The translations under genes and the position numbers were made by a program. 64,000 bases of DNA from Anaeromyxobacteraceae bacterium (GTDB lineage: Bacteria; Myxococcota; Myxococcia; Myxococcales; Anaeromyxobacteraceae). A model generated the notes under the pieces. The model had not been told where the DNA came from and did not search any database. It saw only the letters and a list, made by a program, of their open reading frames with translations. The DNA is taken from positions 576,001 to 640,000 of the forward strand of contig JASGHJ010000002.1 of the NCBI GenBank assembly GCA_047602405.1. Reading direction: 5' to 3'. Below, piece after piece: positions 18,747 through 29,420 of the stretch. Each line of letters starts with the position of its first letter. The first letter of the stretch is position 1.

Positions 18747-19251
18747 ACCGCCAGCTCGCGTGCAGGCGCTCGGGCACCTCTCCCCCGGGGTAGGGCCCGC
18801 GGTCGACGAACCCCATTCGCGCGTAGAGCCCGTGCGCGGAGGTCATGAACGGCGCCGTGTCGAGCACGACGCGGGAGAGCCCCAGCGCCCGCGCGTCCTC
18901 GAGCAGGCGCGCCATGATGCGCTCGCCGAGCCGGTGGCCCCGGAAGCCCGGGCGCACGTACACGCGCTTCACCTCGCCCACGTCGCCGTGCAGGCGCCGC
19001 AGGCCGCCCATCCCGGCGGGCGCGCCGTCCAGCGAGACGAGGTAGAAGACGCCGTCCGGCGGCCGCAGGCAGACCTTCGCGAGCGCCCCGGGCACGTACG
19101 CCGCCACCGGCGCGCCGAGCACCTCCACCGGCCCGAGCCCGAACCGCTCCTCGATCCCTTCGCAGACCCAGCCGATGTACTCGACGTTGAGCTCGACGAG
19201 CACGTCTCGGTGCAGGGCGAGGTCGGCGGGCGTGAAGACGGGGGCGGACAT
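18727..19251 (-). CDS. GNAT N-acetyltransferase
   Basis: GEVKRVYVRPGFRGHRLG (motif A), LDT..FM..A.GLY.RMGF. Confidence 0.9.
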   Translation of the reverse strand: MSAPVFTPADLALHRDVLVELNVEYIGWVCEGIEERFGLGPVEVLGAPVAAYVPGALAKVCLRPPDGVFYLVSLDGAPAGMGGLRRLHGDVGEVKRVYVRPGFRGHRLGERIMARLLEDARALGLSRVVLDTAPFMTSAHGLYARMGFVDRGPYPGGEVPERLHASWRFMERTL

Positions 19252-19336
19252 CGCGGCGAGGCTCGCACGCCGCCACACCCGGGATCAAAGGGGCGCCGCC
19301 GGGAGCCGGTGCCGCGGCCGGTGGTATCCTCCTCGG

Positions 19337-20590
19337 GTGAACCTGCGTCCGCTGGCCGCCGCCCTCGCGCTGGCCCCCTCGCCCTCGCTCGCCCAGGCCT
19401 TCGACGGCACGCAGGCGCTCGACGCCTTCACCGGCCCCGCGGCGACCGAGGGGCGCATCATCGGGCTCGGCGGCGCCGTGGTCGGGCTGGGGGAGGGCGT
19501 CGGCGCGGCCATGTTCAACCCCGCCGCGGTGGCGCACCGGCGCCGCGATCTCGACCGGGGCTGGGATCTCGGCGGCACGCTCACCTACTACCTCCCGATC
19601 GCCCGCGACCTCGGTCACACCGACCTCGGCAACGACGGTCGCGCGGACACGGCACTCGAGGCGGAGCAGAACGCCCAGCTCGGCGGCATGGTGCAGGTCG
19701 GCCGGTTCGGGTTCGGCGTCGTCGCGACCGTGTGGCAGGCGGCGGTCCGGCGCGGCGGCGGCGACGCCGTGCAGGTGGCGACCTCCGACGTCTCCTTCAT
19801 GGCGGGCTGGGCGTTCCTGCGCGACGAGCTCATCCTCGGCGCCGCGTCCACGGTCGGCGCGGGCGAGGTGAAGTGGTTCGGCCCCGGCGTGCCGCTCACG
19901 GCGACCGTGCCGTCGGTGCGGTACGAGGGCCCCCGGCTCCGGTTCGGCGCGCTCGTGCGCCCGCGCGGCGAGCCCTGGCGGTTCGGCCTGGCCTGGGATC
20001 CCGGCGCCATCGCCGAGGTCCGGGGTGACCGGGCGCTCGTGCCGGTGCAGACGCCCGCCTCCTTCAGGTTCCCGTGGACCCTCTCCTTCGGCGGCGCGCT
20101 CTGGCTCGGCCCGAACGCGCGCCACCTCAACGAGCCGCCGGTGAAGGTCGCGCACCCGGAGGGCTGGGGCCCGGCGCCGGCCTACGAGCCGTCGCGCCAC
20201 CCGCCCGTCCTGGTCACCGCCCAGCTCGACCTCGTCGGCCCCTCGCCGGACGCCGTGACCATCGAGAGCGCGCTCTTCCCCGACCGGCCCGCGGTGCGCT
20301 CCGGCGTGCAGGGCTCGATCGTCCCGCGGGTGGGCGTGGAGTGGGAGGCCTGGCGCCGCTGGATCCGTGGGCGCGCGGGCAGCTACCTCGAGCCGTCGCG
20401 CTCCGGCGCCGGACCGCGCCTGCACGGCGCCGGCGGCTTCGAGGTGCGGATCCCGTGCTGGCCCTGGGACCTCCAGGCCGGCGCCTACGCCGACGTCGCC
20501 CGGCTCTACCGGAACGTGACGGTGTCGCTCGGCTTCTGGAACGAGACGGCGCCGCTCCCGCCCGCGGGGGCCGGCGCGCCGGCCCCGTGA
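19337..20590 (+). CDS. Probable outer-membrane beta-barrel protein (FadL-like N-terminus)
   Basis: Signal peptide; RIIGLGGA.V...AMFNPAA; alternating beta strands; TATCCT 6 nt before the GTG. Confidence 0.65.
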   Translation: MNLRPLAAALALAPSPSLAQAFDGTQALDAFTGPAATEGRIIGLGGAVVGLGEGVGAAMFNPAAVAHRRRDLDRGWDLGGTLTYYLPIARDLGHTDLGNDGRADTALEAEQNAQLGGMVQVGRFGFGVVATVWQAAVRRGGGDAVQVATSDVSFMAGWAFLRDELILGAASTVGAGEVKWFGPGVPLTATVPSVRYEGPRLRFGALVRPRGEPWRFGLAWDPGAIAEVRGDRALVPVQTPASFRFPWTLSFGGALWLGPNARHLNEPPVKVAHPEGWGPAPAYEPSRHPPVLVTAQLDLVGPSPDAVTIESALFPDRPAVRSGVQGSIVPRVGVEWEAWRRWIRGRAGSYLEPSRSGAGPRLHGAGGFEVRIPCWPWDLQAGAYADVARLYRNVTVSLGFWNETAPLPPAGAGAPAP

Positions 20591-20655
20591 CAGGGCGCGC
20601 GCCCGAGGTCTCGATCGCGGGTGACAGGCCCCCGGGACCATGATGGACTGCGCGT

Positions 20656-22246
20656 ATGGGTCACTCCCGGAGCATCCGCGCCCGGCTCCTCCCGGTGGCG
20701 CTCGTGTTGCTGGCGCTGCCGCAGGCCTCCGGGGCCGCGCCGACCCTCGACGCCGCCGCGATCTACCGGCGGGCGCTGCCCAGCGTCGTCACGCTGCGGG
20801 TCACGCGGGCGGACGGCACGCCGGCCACGGGCACCGGCTTCCTGGCCCTCAAGGAGGGGCTCGCGCTCACGGCCTGGCACGTCGTGCGCGGGGCGCGGTC
20901 GGTGGTGGCGGTCTTCTCCGACGGCGAGGAGTTCGAGGTCTCGGGCCTCGTGGACCGGGACGAGAAGCGCGACCTCGCGCTCGTCCGCGTGAAGGTGGCG
21001 GGACGTCCCGCCCTCGTGCTCGAGCGCGCCGATCCCGCAGTGGGAGCGCGCGCGTTCGTCATCGGCGCGCCGAAGGGGCTCGAGTTCTCGATCAGCGACG
21101 GGGTGGTCGCCCAGGTCCGCGCCGTCGAGGGGGTGAAGCAGCTCCAGTTCACCTGCCCCGCGAGCCCGGGCAACAGCGGCAGCCCGCTCCTCGGCGAGCA
21201 GGGGACCGTGCTCGGCGTCGTCTCGTGGCAGGTCGTGAAGGGCCAGAACCTGAACTTCGCCGTGCCCGCGGCCTACGCGGCGGGGCTCGACACGTCCCTG
21301 CCCACGACGCCCTGGGCGGCGGTGGTCACGGCCTCGCCGGCTCCCGCCGCGACCCGCGCGGAGGACGTGCTGCGCGCCGCCGCGGTCGTCGTCCAGGACG
21401 CCGACGTGCTCACGGACCAGCTCCTCGCGACACACGTGTACGTCCGGTGGGGCTTCGACGGGGCGCTCCCGCCCGTCTACTTCGACGTGCTCGGCCGGCT
21501 CGGCCGCTCGCGCATCGACCTCGAGTCGACCGACTGGGACGACCCGGTGCGCGCCCGGCGGGCCCAGCGGATCCGCGAGGACGTGATCACCTTCTTCGGC
21601 GTCCTCACGAGCCTCCACGACGCGATCGCGCTCGCCGAGCGCCACCGGGGCTGGACGGTGCGGGCGAAGGAGGCCGCGTCGATGGCGCTCGCGCCCACCG
21701 GGAGCTTCAGCGGCGCGATGGACGAGCCTCTTCAAGGATCCCGCGCTGCTCGCGTCGGCGCCCGAGGCGTGGCGGGATCTCGCGCTCGGCCGCTACGAGG
21801 AGCCCGCGCTCGGGATCGGGGTGTACGCGGAGCGCCGCCTCGTCGTGCAACACGTCGCGGGCGGCGGGCTGGGCTCCACCTTCGGGCTCGCGATCGGCGA
21901 TCGCATCCTCGCGGTCGACGGGGTGGCGCCGAAGGGCCTCCTCGAGCTGAAGGCGGCCATCCGCGCCCACCGGGACGGGCCCCTCGTCCTCGCCGTAGAG
22001 CGCGACGGGGCACGGCTCGAGCTGCGCGCCGGGAGCGAGGTGCCGGCGCCCGCGTCGTCCGCGGCCGCCGGGCTGCCCTCGCGCCCATCGGCCACGCCGG
22101 TCTCGAAGCCCCGGGCGCCCGCGGGGGTCGAGCGCACGCGGCGGGTGGGGGAAAGGTGCGTCTGGTCGGAGCAGTGCCTCCCGGGCCTCGTGTGCCCGCA
22201 GGATCACTGCGTGCCCGAGCGCAGGCCACCCGGGGACGGCGGCTGA
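20656..22246 (+). CDS. Trypsin-like (S1C) serine protease with PDZ domain and Cys-rich tail; +1 frameshift at ~21720-21730
   Basis: Signal peptide, TAWHVV, DLAL, SPGNSGSP; continues LFKDPALL...LAIGDRILAVDG (PDZ) in the frame of ORF 21821..22246. Confidence 0.8.
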
Positions 22247-22346
22247 GCCGCACGCTCCGGGGCGGCGCACCACCCGGAACGCGACCCACGATGCGCACCC
22301 TGCGCGCCCTCCCCGACGCGGCCCCCGTCCCTAGCTTTAAGGGCCG

Positions 22347-23612
22347 ATGTCCTCGAGGACGCCACAGCCGGTCCCCCCCGGGGCCGTCCATGCGCTCGCC
22401 GAGGTCGCGCGGGCCGCGGCCGAAGGCCGGCCGGCGCAGGACCAGGCGCGGCTCCTCGCCCGCGCCCTCCGGGGTGCCGTTCCGGCGATCGAGGTGGCGG
22501 CCGTACTGCTCGACCGGGAGGACCGGCTGGAGGTCGCGGCCGCCGACGGGCTGGACGGCGCGGAGGGCGCCTCGCTCGCGCTCGGCGAAGGCGCCGCTGG
22601 GCGGGCCGTGGCGACCGGGCGGCCGGTGTACCAGGCCGACGCCGCGGGGGCGCCTGCGCTCGGGCCCCTCGGCGAGCGCGCCCTCGGCACGGTGTGGGCC
22701 GCGCCGCTCACCGCGCGCGGACGGACCCTCGGCGCGGTGATCGTCGGGGCGGCGGCGCCGGCGGCGTTCGGCGGCCTCGAGCTCTCGCTCCTCGAGGTCG
22801 TCTGCGCGCAGGCGGGCGCGGGGCTGGCGCTCGCCGAGGCCCACGCCGCGCTCGCGCGCGCCTTCGGCGAGCGGGAGGCGGTGCTCGAGGAGGGGCGCGC
22901 CCAGGCGCACCGCCGCGCGCAGGTGCTCGGGGCCGTGGCCCACGACCTGCGCACGCCGCTCTCGACCGTGCTCATGTCCGTCTCGCGGGTCTCGGGGGCG
23001 GCGGCCCAAGGTCCCGCCGGCGACCCGGCGCGCCGCGCGGCCGAGCTCATCACGCGCGCCGCGCACAAGATGGAGGGGCTCGTCGCGGACCTCGCCGAGC
23101 TCGCGGCGCTCGAGGCGGGGAGCCGGGAGGTGAACGCGGCGCCGGAGCGCCCCGGCGCGCTCGCGCGGGAGGCCTGCGACGCGACGCAGGCGCTGGCCGC
23201 GGAGCTCGGGGTGGAGCTCGACCTCACGTTCGCCCCGGACCTCCCGCGGATCCTGGCCGACCGCGCGCTCGCGCTGCGGGCCTTCGGCGAGCTCATCACC
23301 GGGGCGCTCCGGGCGAGCCCGCGCGGTGAGCGCGTGGCGGTCCGGGCGGAGGTGCGCGGGGACGAGGTGCGCTTCGAGATCCGCGACGCCGGGCCGGCCC
23401 TCGGCGAGGACGCCCACCGCAGGCTCTTCGACGCCCGCGCGGTCGGCGGCGGGGCCCGCGGCGCGGGGCTCGGGTTCGCCCTCGCGCGCGCGCTCGTGGA
23501 GGCGCAGGGCGGCCGCATCGGCTCCGAGCGCACCGCCGCGGGTGCGATCCTCTGGTTCACGCTGCCGGTCGTGCGCGAGGCGCCGGCCAGGGCCGGAACG
23601 ACCTCCTCCTAG
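22347..23612 (+). CDS. GAF-domain sensor histidine kinase-like protein (degenerate N-box)
   Basis: GAF (APL.ARGRTLG), H-box AHDLRTPL, GAGLGF, GGRI; N-box reads ELITGA. Confidence 0.85.
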   Translation: MSSRTPQPVPPGAVHALAEVARAAAEGRPAQDQARLLARALRGAVPAIEVAAVLLDREDRLEVAAADGLDGAEGASLALGEGAAGRAVATGRPVYQADAAGAPALGPLGERALGTVWAAPLTARGRTLGAVIVGAAAPAAFGGLELSLLEVVCAQAGAGLALAEAHAALARAFGEREAVLEEGRAQAHRRAQVLGAVAHDLRTPLSTVLMSVSRVSGAAAQGPAGDPARRAAELITRAAHKMEGLVADLAELAALEAGSREVNAAPERPGALAREACDATQALAAELGVELDLTFAPDLPRILADRALALRAFGELITGALRASPRGERVAVRAEVRGDEVRFEIRDAGPALGEDAHRRLFDARAVGGGARGAGLGFALARALVEAQGGRIGSERTAAGAILWFTLPVVREAPARAGTTSS

Positions 23613-24602
23613 AACCGGCCCGCGACCGCGACGCCGCCGGCGCCCGGCCCCACGAAGGGCGCCGCCGAGAGCCGCGGTGGCTCCGCCGCTCGCCGGTCGC
23701 CCTTCCAGTCGGTGAAAAGCGCCTCCACGCCCGCCGCCGCGCCGAGGCCGAGCCCGGTGAAGAGGAGGAGGTTGCGGGTGGACTCGCGGGCGTGGACCCG
23801 GTCCGCCGACTGCTGCAGCTGGCTCGCGGGGATCGCGACGGTGAGGGCGCCCGCGACGAGGCGGTCGTACTCCCTGCGCGCGTCGCTCGCGAGCGCGTGG
23901 GAGACCCCGGCGCCGGCGAGGGCCGCGACCGCCGCGCCGCCGGTGGTCCAGAACGCCCAGGTCGGGAGCGGCGGCGGGTTGAGGCGGCGGATCACCGCGG
24001 CCTCGACGCCGCGGGCCTTCCCCGCGCGCAGCCCGCGGTCGGGGAAGACCGCGGCGATCGCCGGTCCGACAATCGCGAGCAGCTCCTCGCCGTCGCGCTG
24101 CTCGACGGTGCGGTCGAAGGACTGCCAGCGCCTTCGACCTCTTGAGGTCGAGCCGGCGCACCGAGAGCGCGTAGCGCCTGCCGGTGAGGACGATGCTCGC
24201 GGTCACGAGCTCGTCCACGCCGAGCGACCCCGCGATCTCCGCGAGGCAGGCGTCGTCCGCCTGGCAGCCGAGCATCTGGCGCTGGTACTCGAACCCCAGC
24301 ATGTCGCGGATCTCGGCCATGCCGATGGCGGAGACGCCCTCGAGCTTGCGCACCTCGGGGACGAGCGACTGGTCGAACACGGCGAGCGCGCGCTTCGGCA
24401 CGTCCCCGGTGACGCGCGGGTCGAGCACCGCCACGCGGAGCGCGCCGCCCTTCGCGCCCGCGGGGAGCCGCTGGGGCGGCGGGACGGAGAGGTCCGGGGC
24501 CTTCGCCCCGGGTGGGGGCGGGAGCGGCACGGCGGTGGACGGGGCCGCGGGACGGGCGGCCGGCTGGGCGACGAGGAGGAGGGCGGCGAGCATCCCGGTC
24601 AT
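23609..24602 (-). CDS. Exported myxobacterial-type hypothetical protein; +1 frameshift at ~24125
   Basis: Signal/Pro-rich N-terminus, VAVLD...QMLGC..DACLAEIAGSLGVD domain; removing one base joins it to ORF 23609..23995 ending GVAVAGRF; AGGAG RBS. Confidence 0.75.
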
Positions 24603-24612
24603 GTCGGGCTCC

Positions 24613-27600
24613 TCACTGGCAGGTGAGCGCGAGCGTGCCCGCGGCGGCGCCGGAGCAGCACCGCTGGGCGGTGGTGGTGGAGGTGCCGACCGGGAGGCAC
24701 TCCAGCCGGTAGCGCACCTTCGCCTCGAGGTAGCGGGAGGTGATGGAGGTGTAGCCCGCGAGGTTCCCGTTCGTGCCCTCCGGCGAGACGGCGAGCGAGA
24801 GCACGCGCCGGTCCCCGCCGAAGAGCCGCCGGACCCGCACCGAGCGGGTCGCGAGGTCGTACTGGTTCCAGGCCGGATCGTCGTCGGAGCTCCACAGGAG
24901 CGCCGGCCCCGGCGCGGTGGGCGTGAGGGGCTCCCACCGGTCGCCGTTGCGCACCCAGAGCCGGGCAGCCTGCGTGGCGCCGTTCGCGCCGACGCGAGAG
25001 AGCCCCGCGCTCGCGTCCCAGATCACGGTCGCGCCCCAGAACTTCGCCGGTCCGGTGCCAGCGGCGCCGAAGTTCGCGTGGAACACGTGGGCGGGGCGCC
25101 GGTCCGCGGCGCCGTCGACCACCCAGGTGTCGCCGGAGGCGGAGGCCTGCGTGCCCGCGTTGCCGCCGAACAGCACGCCCTCCCCGCGGGCCGACAGGTA
25201 GGCCCCGGCGGCGAGCGTCCGCGGGGTCGGGCGCGCGAACGGGAAGAGCGGGTACCAGGTCACCCCGTCGAACTCCCAGACGTCGTCGAGGAGGGAGCCG
25301 CCGAACACGAGGACGCGGCCGCGCTTCTCGTCGCACCACATGACGTGGTCGCGCCGCTGGGCCGGCGCCCGCGGCGTCGTCATCCAGGACCAGGCGGCGC
25401 CATCCCAGATCCAGGTGTCGCCGGTGTCGCCGCCGAAGAGCACCGTCCCGCCCGCGATCGGGCAGTGGGCCATCCGGTGGCCCGAGCCCGTGGGCGGGAG
25501 CGTGGCGAGCGGGTGCGGCGTCCAGAGGACGCCCGGCCCTGTCCAGCCCGGATTGGAGGCGACCCACTTCCCGGTCCAGGTCGCCACGCCGTCGTCGGTC
25601 CCCCTGAAGTAGACGGCCTCCTGGTGCGTGGTGTCCCAGACCATCGCCTGGTCGTCCGCGCCGTTGCCGGTGGGCTCGGCGTACGCGAAGGGGTCGGCCG
25701 CGTCGACGATGCTCCAGCCGGGATCGGTCGTGAGCCGGGATTGCGTCGTGACGCTGCCCGGGGTGGGGTAGCTCGCGCCCGTGCCCTGGATGACGCCGCC
25801 GACCTGCACGAGGCGCCCCGCGCCGAGCCACGCCAGCGTGCCGCGCATGAGCCCGCTGTCGCCGATCGCGGCCGTCGTCGGGACCTGCGTCCACCGGACG
25901 CCGTCCCACGCCCACTCGTCCATGAGCGGGTAGTTCGTGGAGGTGCCGAGCCCGTCGAAGAGCCAGGCGCGGCCCTGGTCCCGCACGTCGGTCATCGCGT
26001 GGCCCGAGCGCGCCGGGGGCGACACGCCCGGCGCGAACGCGAGGGCGAACCCGTCCTCGAGCCGGCTCGTCTCGGCGGTGGCGGGCTGGAACGTGGTGCA
26101 GGGCGAGGGGCCAATCCCGGTGCACCCGCCGAACCGGACGAGCCCGCCGTGCTCGAGGTCGGAGGCCCCGCAGGCCTGCTGGACGAGCGACACCGTCGGC
26201 GTGGCGGGCGCGGTGCGCGCGACCCAGGCCGCGCCGGTCCACCCGCGCAGGAGGTTGTTCCGGACGTCGTAGGCGAGGTACGTGCGGGTCTTCACGTCCC
26301 ACCAGAGCGCCCACTCGGCCGTCTTCGAGGCGGGGTCCACGCCGGCGACGAACGGGAACCCGCCCGCGAGCGTCCACGCGCTGCCGTTCCAGGTGTAGGT
26401 GCCCGCGTCGGCGACGGCGAGCGGCGCGCCGCCGTCGTCGCGCGTGGCGAGGAGCGAGGCCGTCACCGCGACGAGCGGCTGGGCCTGGGCGATCGGCCGC
26501 CAGTCGGCGCCATCCCAGTACTGGGTGCCGTTCGCCACCACCACCGCGGCGCGGGTCGCGTCCCAGAACAGGCCGGTGGTGAAGTTCGGGAGCAGCGTGC
26601 ACGAGCACTGGGTGGCGGAGCAGCCCGACCAGCAGACCTTCTTCCAGTTCTCGCCGTCGAGCTCCCAGGTCTCCGCGCTGCCGGTGACGAGCACGGTCCG
26701 GCCGCGGACCGGGTCGTGCGCCATCTTCGGGGAGGCATCGGCCACGGGGTGGGCCGGCGGGAACAGCTGCCGCCAGCGCCGGCCGTCCCACTCCCAGGTG
26801 TCGGAGAGCGGCACGTCCTGGGTGGAGCCGTTGTTCGCCGGGGTGGGGGTGTAGCCGCCGAACAGCACGGTGCGGCCGGTGTCGAGGTCGTGGGCCATCG
26901 CGCAGGAGGCGCGCGCCGAGGGGGAGAGCGGGCCCGGCGTCGCCTCCACCATCGACGGCGCGCCGGCGGTCGCGACCGACCCGGAGTTGCGCCGCCCGAG
27001 CGTGGCCTCGTTCGCCACCTCGACCTGCGTGGGCGAGAAGCGGCTCGGGCCCCACACCGCGTCGGCGGTGAGGACGTGCGGGTTCGCGTCCACGCTGCCG
27101 AGCTGCTTGAAGCCGGTGGTGGCGGTCCACTCGCCCTCCCAGACGAGGGCGCGCGGGCTCGAGTTCCCGGCGAGGTCCTCCTGGGCGACGAACACCTCGG
27201 GGAGGTTGCCGCTCGACACGGCGAACGGCGCGGGGTCGCCGAACCCGCCGGTCGCGCCGGCGGTGGTACGGCCGATCTGCGCGCCGGTCGGGCCGTCGCC
27301 GTCGTAGACGACCACCGCGTTCCCGGCCACCGCCGCGCCCGGGCCGCCCTGGACGTGGTACGCCTTCGCGCCGGAGGTCCCGTCCACGCCCCACGGGTAC
27401 CGGGCGTAGGTGATCTTGCCGATCGTGAGCGTGTCGGGCGCGGGCGGCGCGGTCGTGTCCACCCGCAGCGTCCCGAGCGCGAGCGTGGCGGGGTTGCCCA
27501 CCGCGTCGGTCACCTGGGCGAGGACCTGCCGTGCGCCCGCGGCCGGCGTCGCCGCGAGGAGCGCCGCGTACTGCGGCGGCGCGAGCGCGGTGTCGGTGAC

Positions 27601-29241
27601 GAAGGCGCTCGCCCCGCCGTCCACCCCCACCGCGGGCGCCGCGGAGAGCGGCTCGTCCACCGCGAAGGTGACGCGCACCGGCCCGCTCGCGGTCGCGCCG
27701 GTGAAGGTGCAGCCGTAGGCCTCGCGCGCCTTCGTCCAGAGGTCGTCCTGCGCGAGGCGGGCCGGGCCGTAGGCGTCGCAGCGCTCGAGGAGCGCCTGGC
27801 CCGCGAGCCTCGGCGGCTGGAAGTCCCGCGTGAGGAAGGTGTTCACGAGCGCCCGGTTGCCCGCGGGGTCGGTCGCCTGCACGTACACGCCGGCGGTCTC
27901 GACGCGGGGCTGCGCGCCGGCGGCGTCGTCGGTGATCTGGAACGTGCACGCGCGCTGGAGGCCCGACGCCGTGCAGGCGCTGGCGGGCAGCGCGGCGGTG
28001 CCGATCGTGACGACCACCTCGGCGGGCTCCGAGAGGGTGAAGGTCAGCTTCGCGGCGTCGTGGCCCGGCCGTGCGCTGAAGGTGGCGGCCGGGGCGGCGC
28101 AGGGCGCGGTCGTCGCGTCGTCGGCGCAGAGGGTCAGCGCGGTGACGGCGGGCGGCCCGAAGTCGAGCGCGACGGACGGGCCGGCGACGGTCTGCGCGTT
28201 GCCCGCGAGGTCGGTGAGCTCGAAGGAGAGCGCCTTCGCGCCCTCGCCGTCGGCGGCCGCGGCGAGGTGACCGTAGGTGTACGTGCGGCCGGACTGGGCG
28301 CCCTTGTCCATCGCGATCCCGCCCAGCTTCACGACGGGATCGGCCCCCAGGTCCTCGCTGGCCGTGAACGAGACGCGCACGAGCGTCCCCGCCGCGGCTG
28401 CGGCGGGCGGGGCGGGTGTCACCGCCGGCGCCGCGGCGAGCGCGGGCGCCGTCCGGTCGAACACCGCGCGCGGCGGGAGCGTCAGCGCGGCGACGTTGCC
28501 GCCCGCGTCCACGAGCTCCGCCGTGATCGGGAGGCCGCCCGGGTCCTCGGCCTCGAGGCCGGTCGCGGCGTAGGTGAAGGCGTAGGCCCGGCCGCTCGAG
28601 GCGGCGGGGTCCTTCGCCATCGGCACGCCGTCGATCTTCACCGCGGGCTCGGCGGCGAGCTCCTCGCTCGAGGTGAAGGTGACCCGCACCGTGCCGGGGA
28701 AGCGCGTGGGGGAGCCGGTGAGGGTGGGGGCGAGCGCGGCGGGCGCGGCGAAGTCGAAGCGCACCTGGCCGAGCGCGCGGCCCGTCGAGACGAGCCCCTG
28801 CACGTCCTGGAGGTCGGTGGTGACGGGGAAGTCCTGCCCCTGCGGCTCGTCGCCCTGCGGCGCGTAGCGGTAGACGTAGGTGCTGCCGCTCGAGGCGGTG
28901 GCGTCCTTCTGGAACAGCCGGGGCGGGGTGAGCCCGAGCCGGACCACCGGGTCCTTCCCGAGCGCCTTCGTGGCGGTGAACTCCACCCGGACGTCCGCGC
29001 CCTCCCGCGCGGTCGACGGCGCGAGCGTCTTCGCGCCGACGTCGGGGGTCGCGGAGAGCTGGTCGGAGGGGATGCAGACCGGGGGCGAGACGGTCGTCAC
29101 GCAGGTGAACCCGGCCGGGCAGGCGCTGGCGTCGCAGGTGAGCTTGATGCCCGGGGGGACCGGGAGCTCGGAGGAGCAGGCGGCGAGCAGCAGGGCCGCG
29201 GCGGCCGTGGCGCGGCCGGGGTGGCGCACGGGCATCTTCAC
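24613..29241 (-). CDS. Large (~1540 aa) surface lipoprotein with Ig-like repeats and a Kelch/galactose-oxidase-like propeller
   Basis: Lipobox LLLAAC; repeated V.V.FT.SE.L...P.V / D.AGN Ig-like units; repeated VLFGG...DTW.WDG..W Kelch units. Confidence 0.8.
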   Translation of the reverse strand: MKMPVRHPGRATAAAALLLAACSSELPVPPGIKLTCDASACPAGFTCVTTVSPPVCIPSDQLSATPDVGAKTLAPSTAREGADVRVEFTATKALGKDPVVRLGLTPPRLFQKDATASSGSTYVYRYAPQGDEPQGQDFPVTTDLQDVQGLVSTGRALGQVRFDFAAPAALAPTLTGSPTRFPGTVRVTFTSSEELAAEPAVKIDGVPMAKDPAASSGRAYAFTYAATGLEAEDPGGLPITAELVDAGGNVAALTLPPRAVFDRTAPALAAAPAVTPAPPAAAAAGTLVRVSFTASEDLGADPVVKLGGIAMDKGAQSGRTYTYGHLAAAADGEGAKALSFELTDLAGNAQTVAGPSVALDFGPPAVTALTLCADDATTAPCAAPAATFSARPGHDAAKLTFTLSEPAEVVVTIGTAALPASACTASGLQRACTFQITDDAAGAQPRVETAGVYVQATDPAGNRALVNTFLTRDFQPPRLAGQALLERCDAYGPARLAQDDLWTKAREAYGCTFTGATASGPVRVTFAVDEPLSAAPAVGVDGGASAFVTDTALAPPQYAALLAATPAAGARQVLAQVTDAVGNPATLALGTLRVDTTAPPAPDTLTIGKITYARYPWGVDGTSGAKAYHVQGGPGAAVAGNAVVVYDGDGPTGAQIGRTTAGATGGFGDPAPFAVSSGNLPEVFVAQEDLAGNSSPRALVWEGEWTATTGFKQLGSVDANPHVLTADAVWGPSRFSPTQVEVANEATLGRRNSGSVATAGAPSMVEATPGPLSPSARASCAMAHDLDTGRTVLFGGYTPTPANNGSTQDVPLSDTWEWDGRRWRQLFPPAHPVADASPKMAHDPVRGRTVLVTGSAETWELDGENWKKVCWSGCSATQCSCTLLPNFTTGLFWDATRAAVVVANGTQYWDGADWRPIAQAQPLVAVTASLLATRDDGGAPLAVADAGTYTWNGSAWTLAGGFPFVAGVDPASKTAEWALWWDVKTRTYLAYDVRNNLLRGWTGAAWVARTAPATPTVSLVQQACGASDLEHGGLVRFGGCTGIGPSPCTTFQPATAETSRLEDGFALAFAPGVSPPARSGHAMTDVRDQGRAWLFDGLGTSTNYPLMDEWAWDGVRWTQVPTTAAIGDSGLMRGTLAWLGAGRLVQVGGVIQGTGASYPTPGSVTTQSRLTTDPGWSIVDAADPFAYAEPTGNGADDQAMVWDTTHQEAVYFRGTDDGVATWTGKWVASNPGWTGPGVLWTPHPLATLPPTGSGHRMAHCPIAGGTVLFGGDTGDTWIWDGAAWSWMTTPRAPAQRRDHVMWCDEKRGRVLVFGGSLLDDVWEFDGVTWYPLFPFARPTPRTLAAGAYLSARGEGVLFGGNAGTQASASGDTWVVDGAADRRPAHVFHANFGAAGTGPAKFWGATVIWDASAGLSRVGANGATQAARLWVRNGDRWEPLTPTAPGPALLWSSDDDPAWNQYDLATRSVRVRRLFGGDRRVLSLAVSPEGTNGNLAGYTSITSRYLEAKVRYRLECLPVGTSTTTAQRCCSGAAAGTLALTCQ

Positions 29242-29420
29242 CTCGGGTGACGCAGGTAAGGGTCACTCCTACCTGCCGCCCGCTGGACGCTCCGTCAACG
29301 CGATCCCGGTCCCCAGGTGGGGGGCGCGCGCCGCACCTGTCCCGTCCCGTGCGCCCCGATCGGCGGGCCTCGCGGCGTGCCCCGCCCTCGCGAACGGATG
29401 ACGCACCGCCGCCTTCTGGC

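Noticed and set aside
24184..29266. 1688-aa (+) and 1555-aa (-) ORFs overlapping the giant lipoprotein
   Set aside because: Antisense or alternative frames kept open by stop-codon scarcity at very high GC; no motifs
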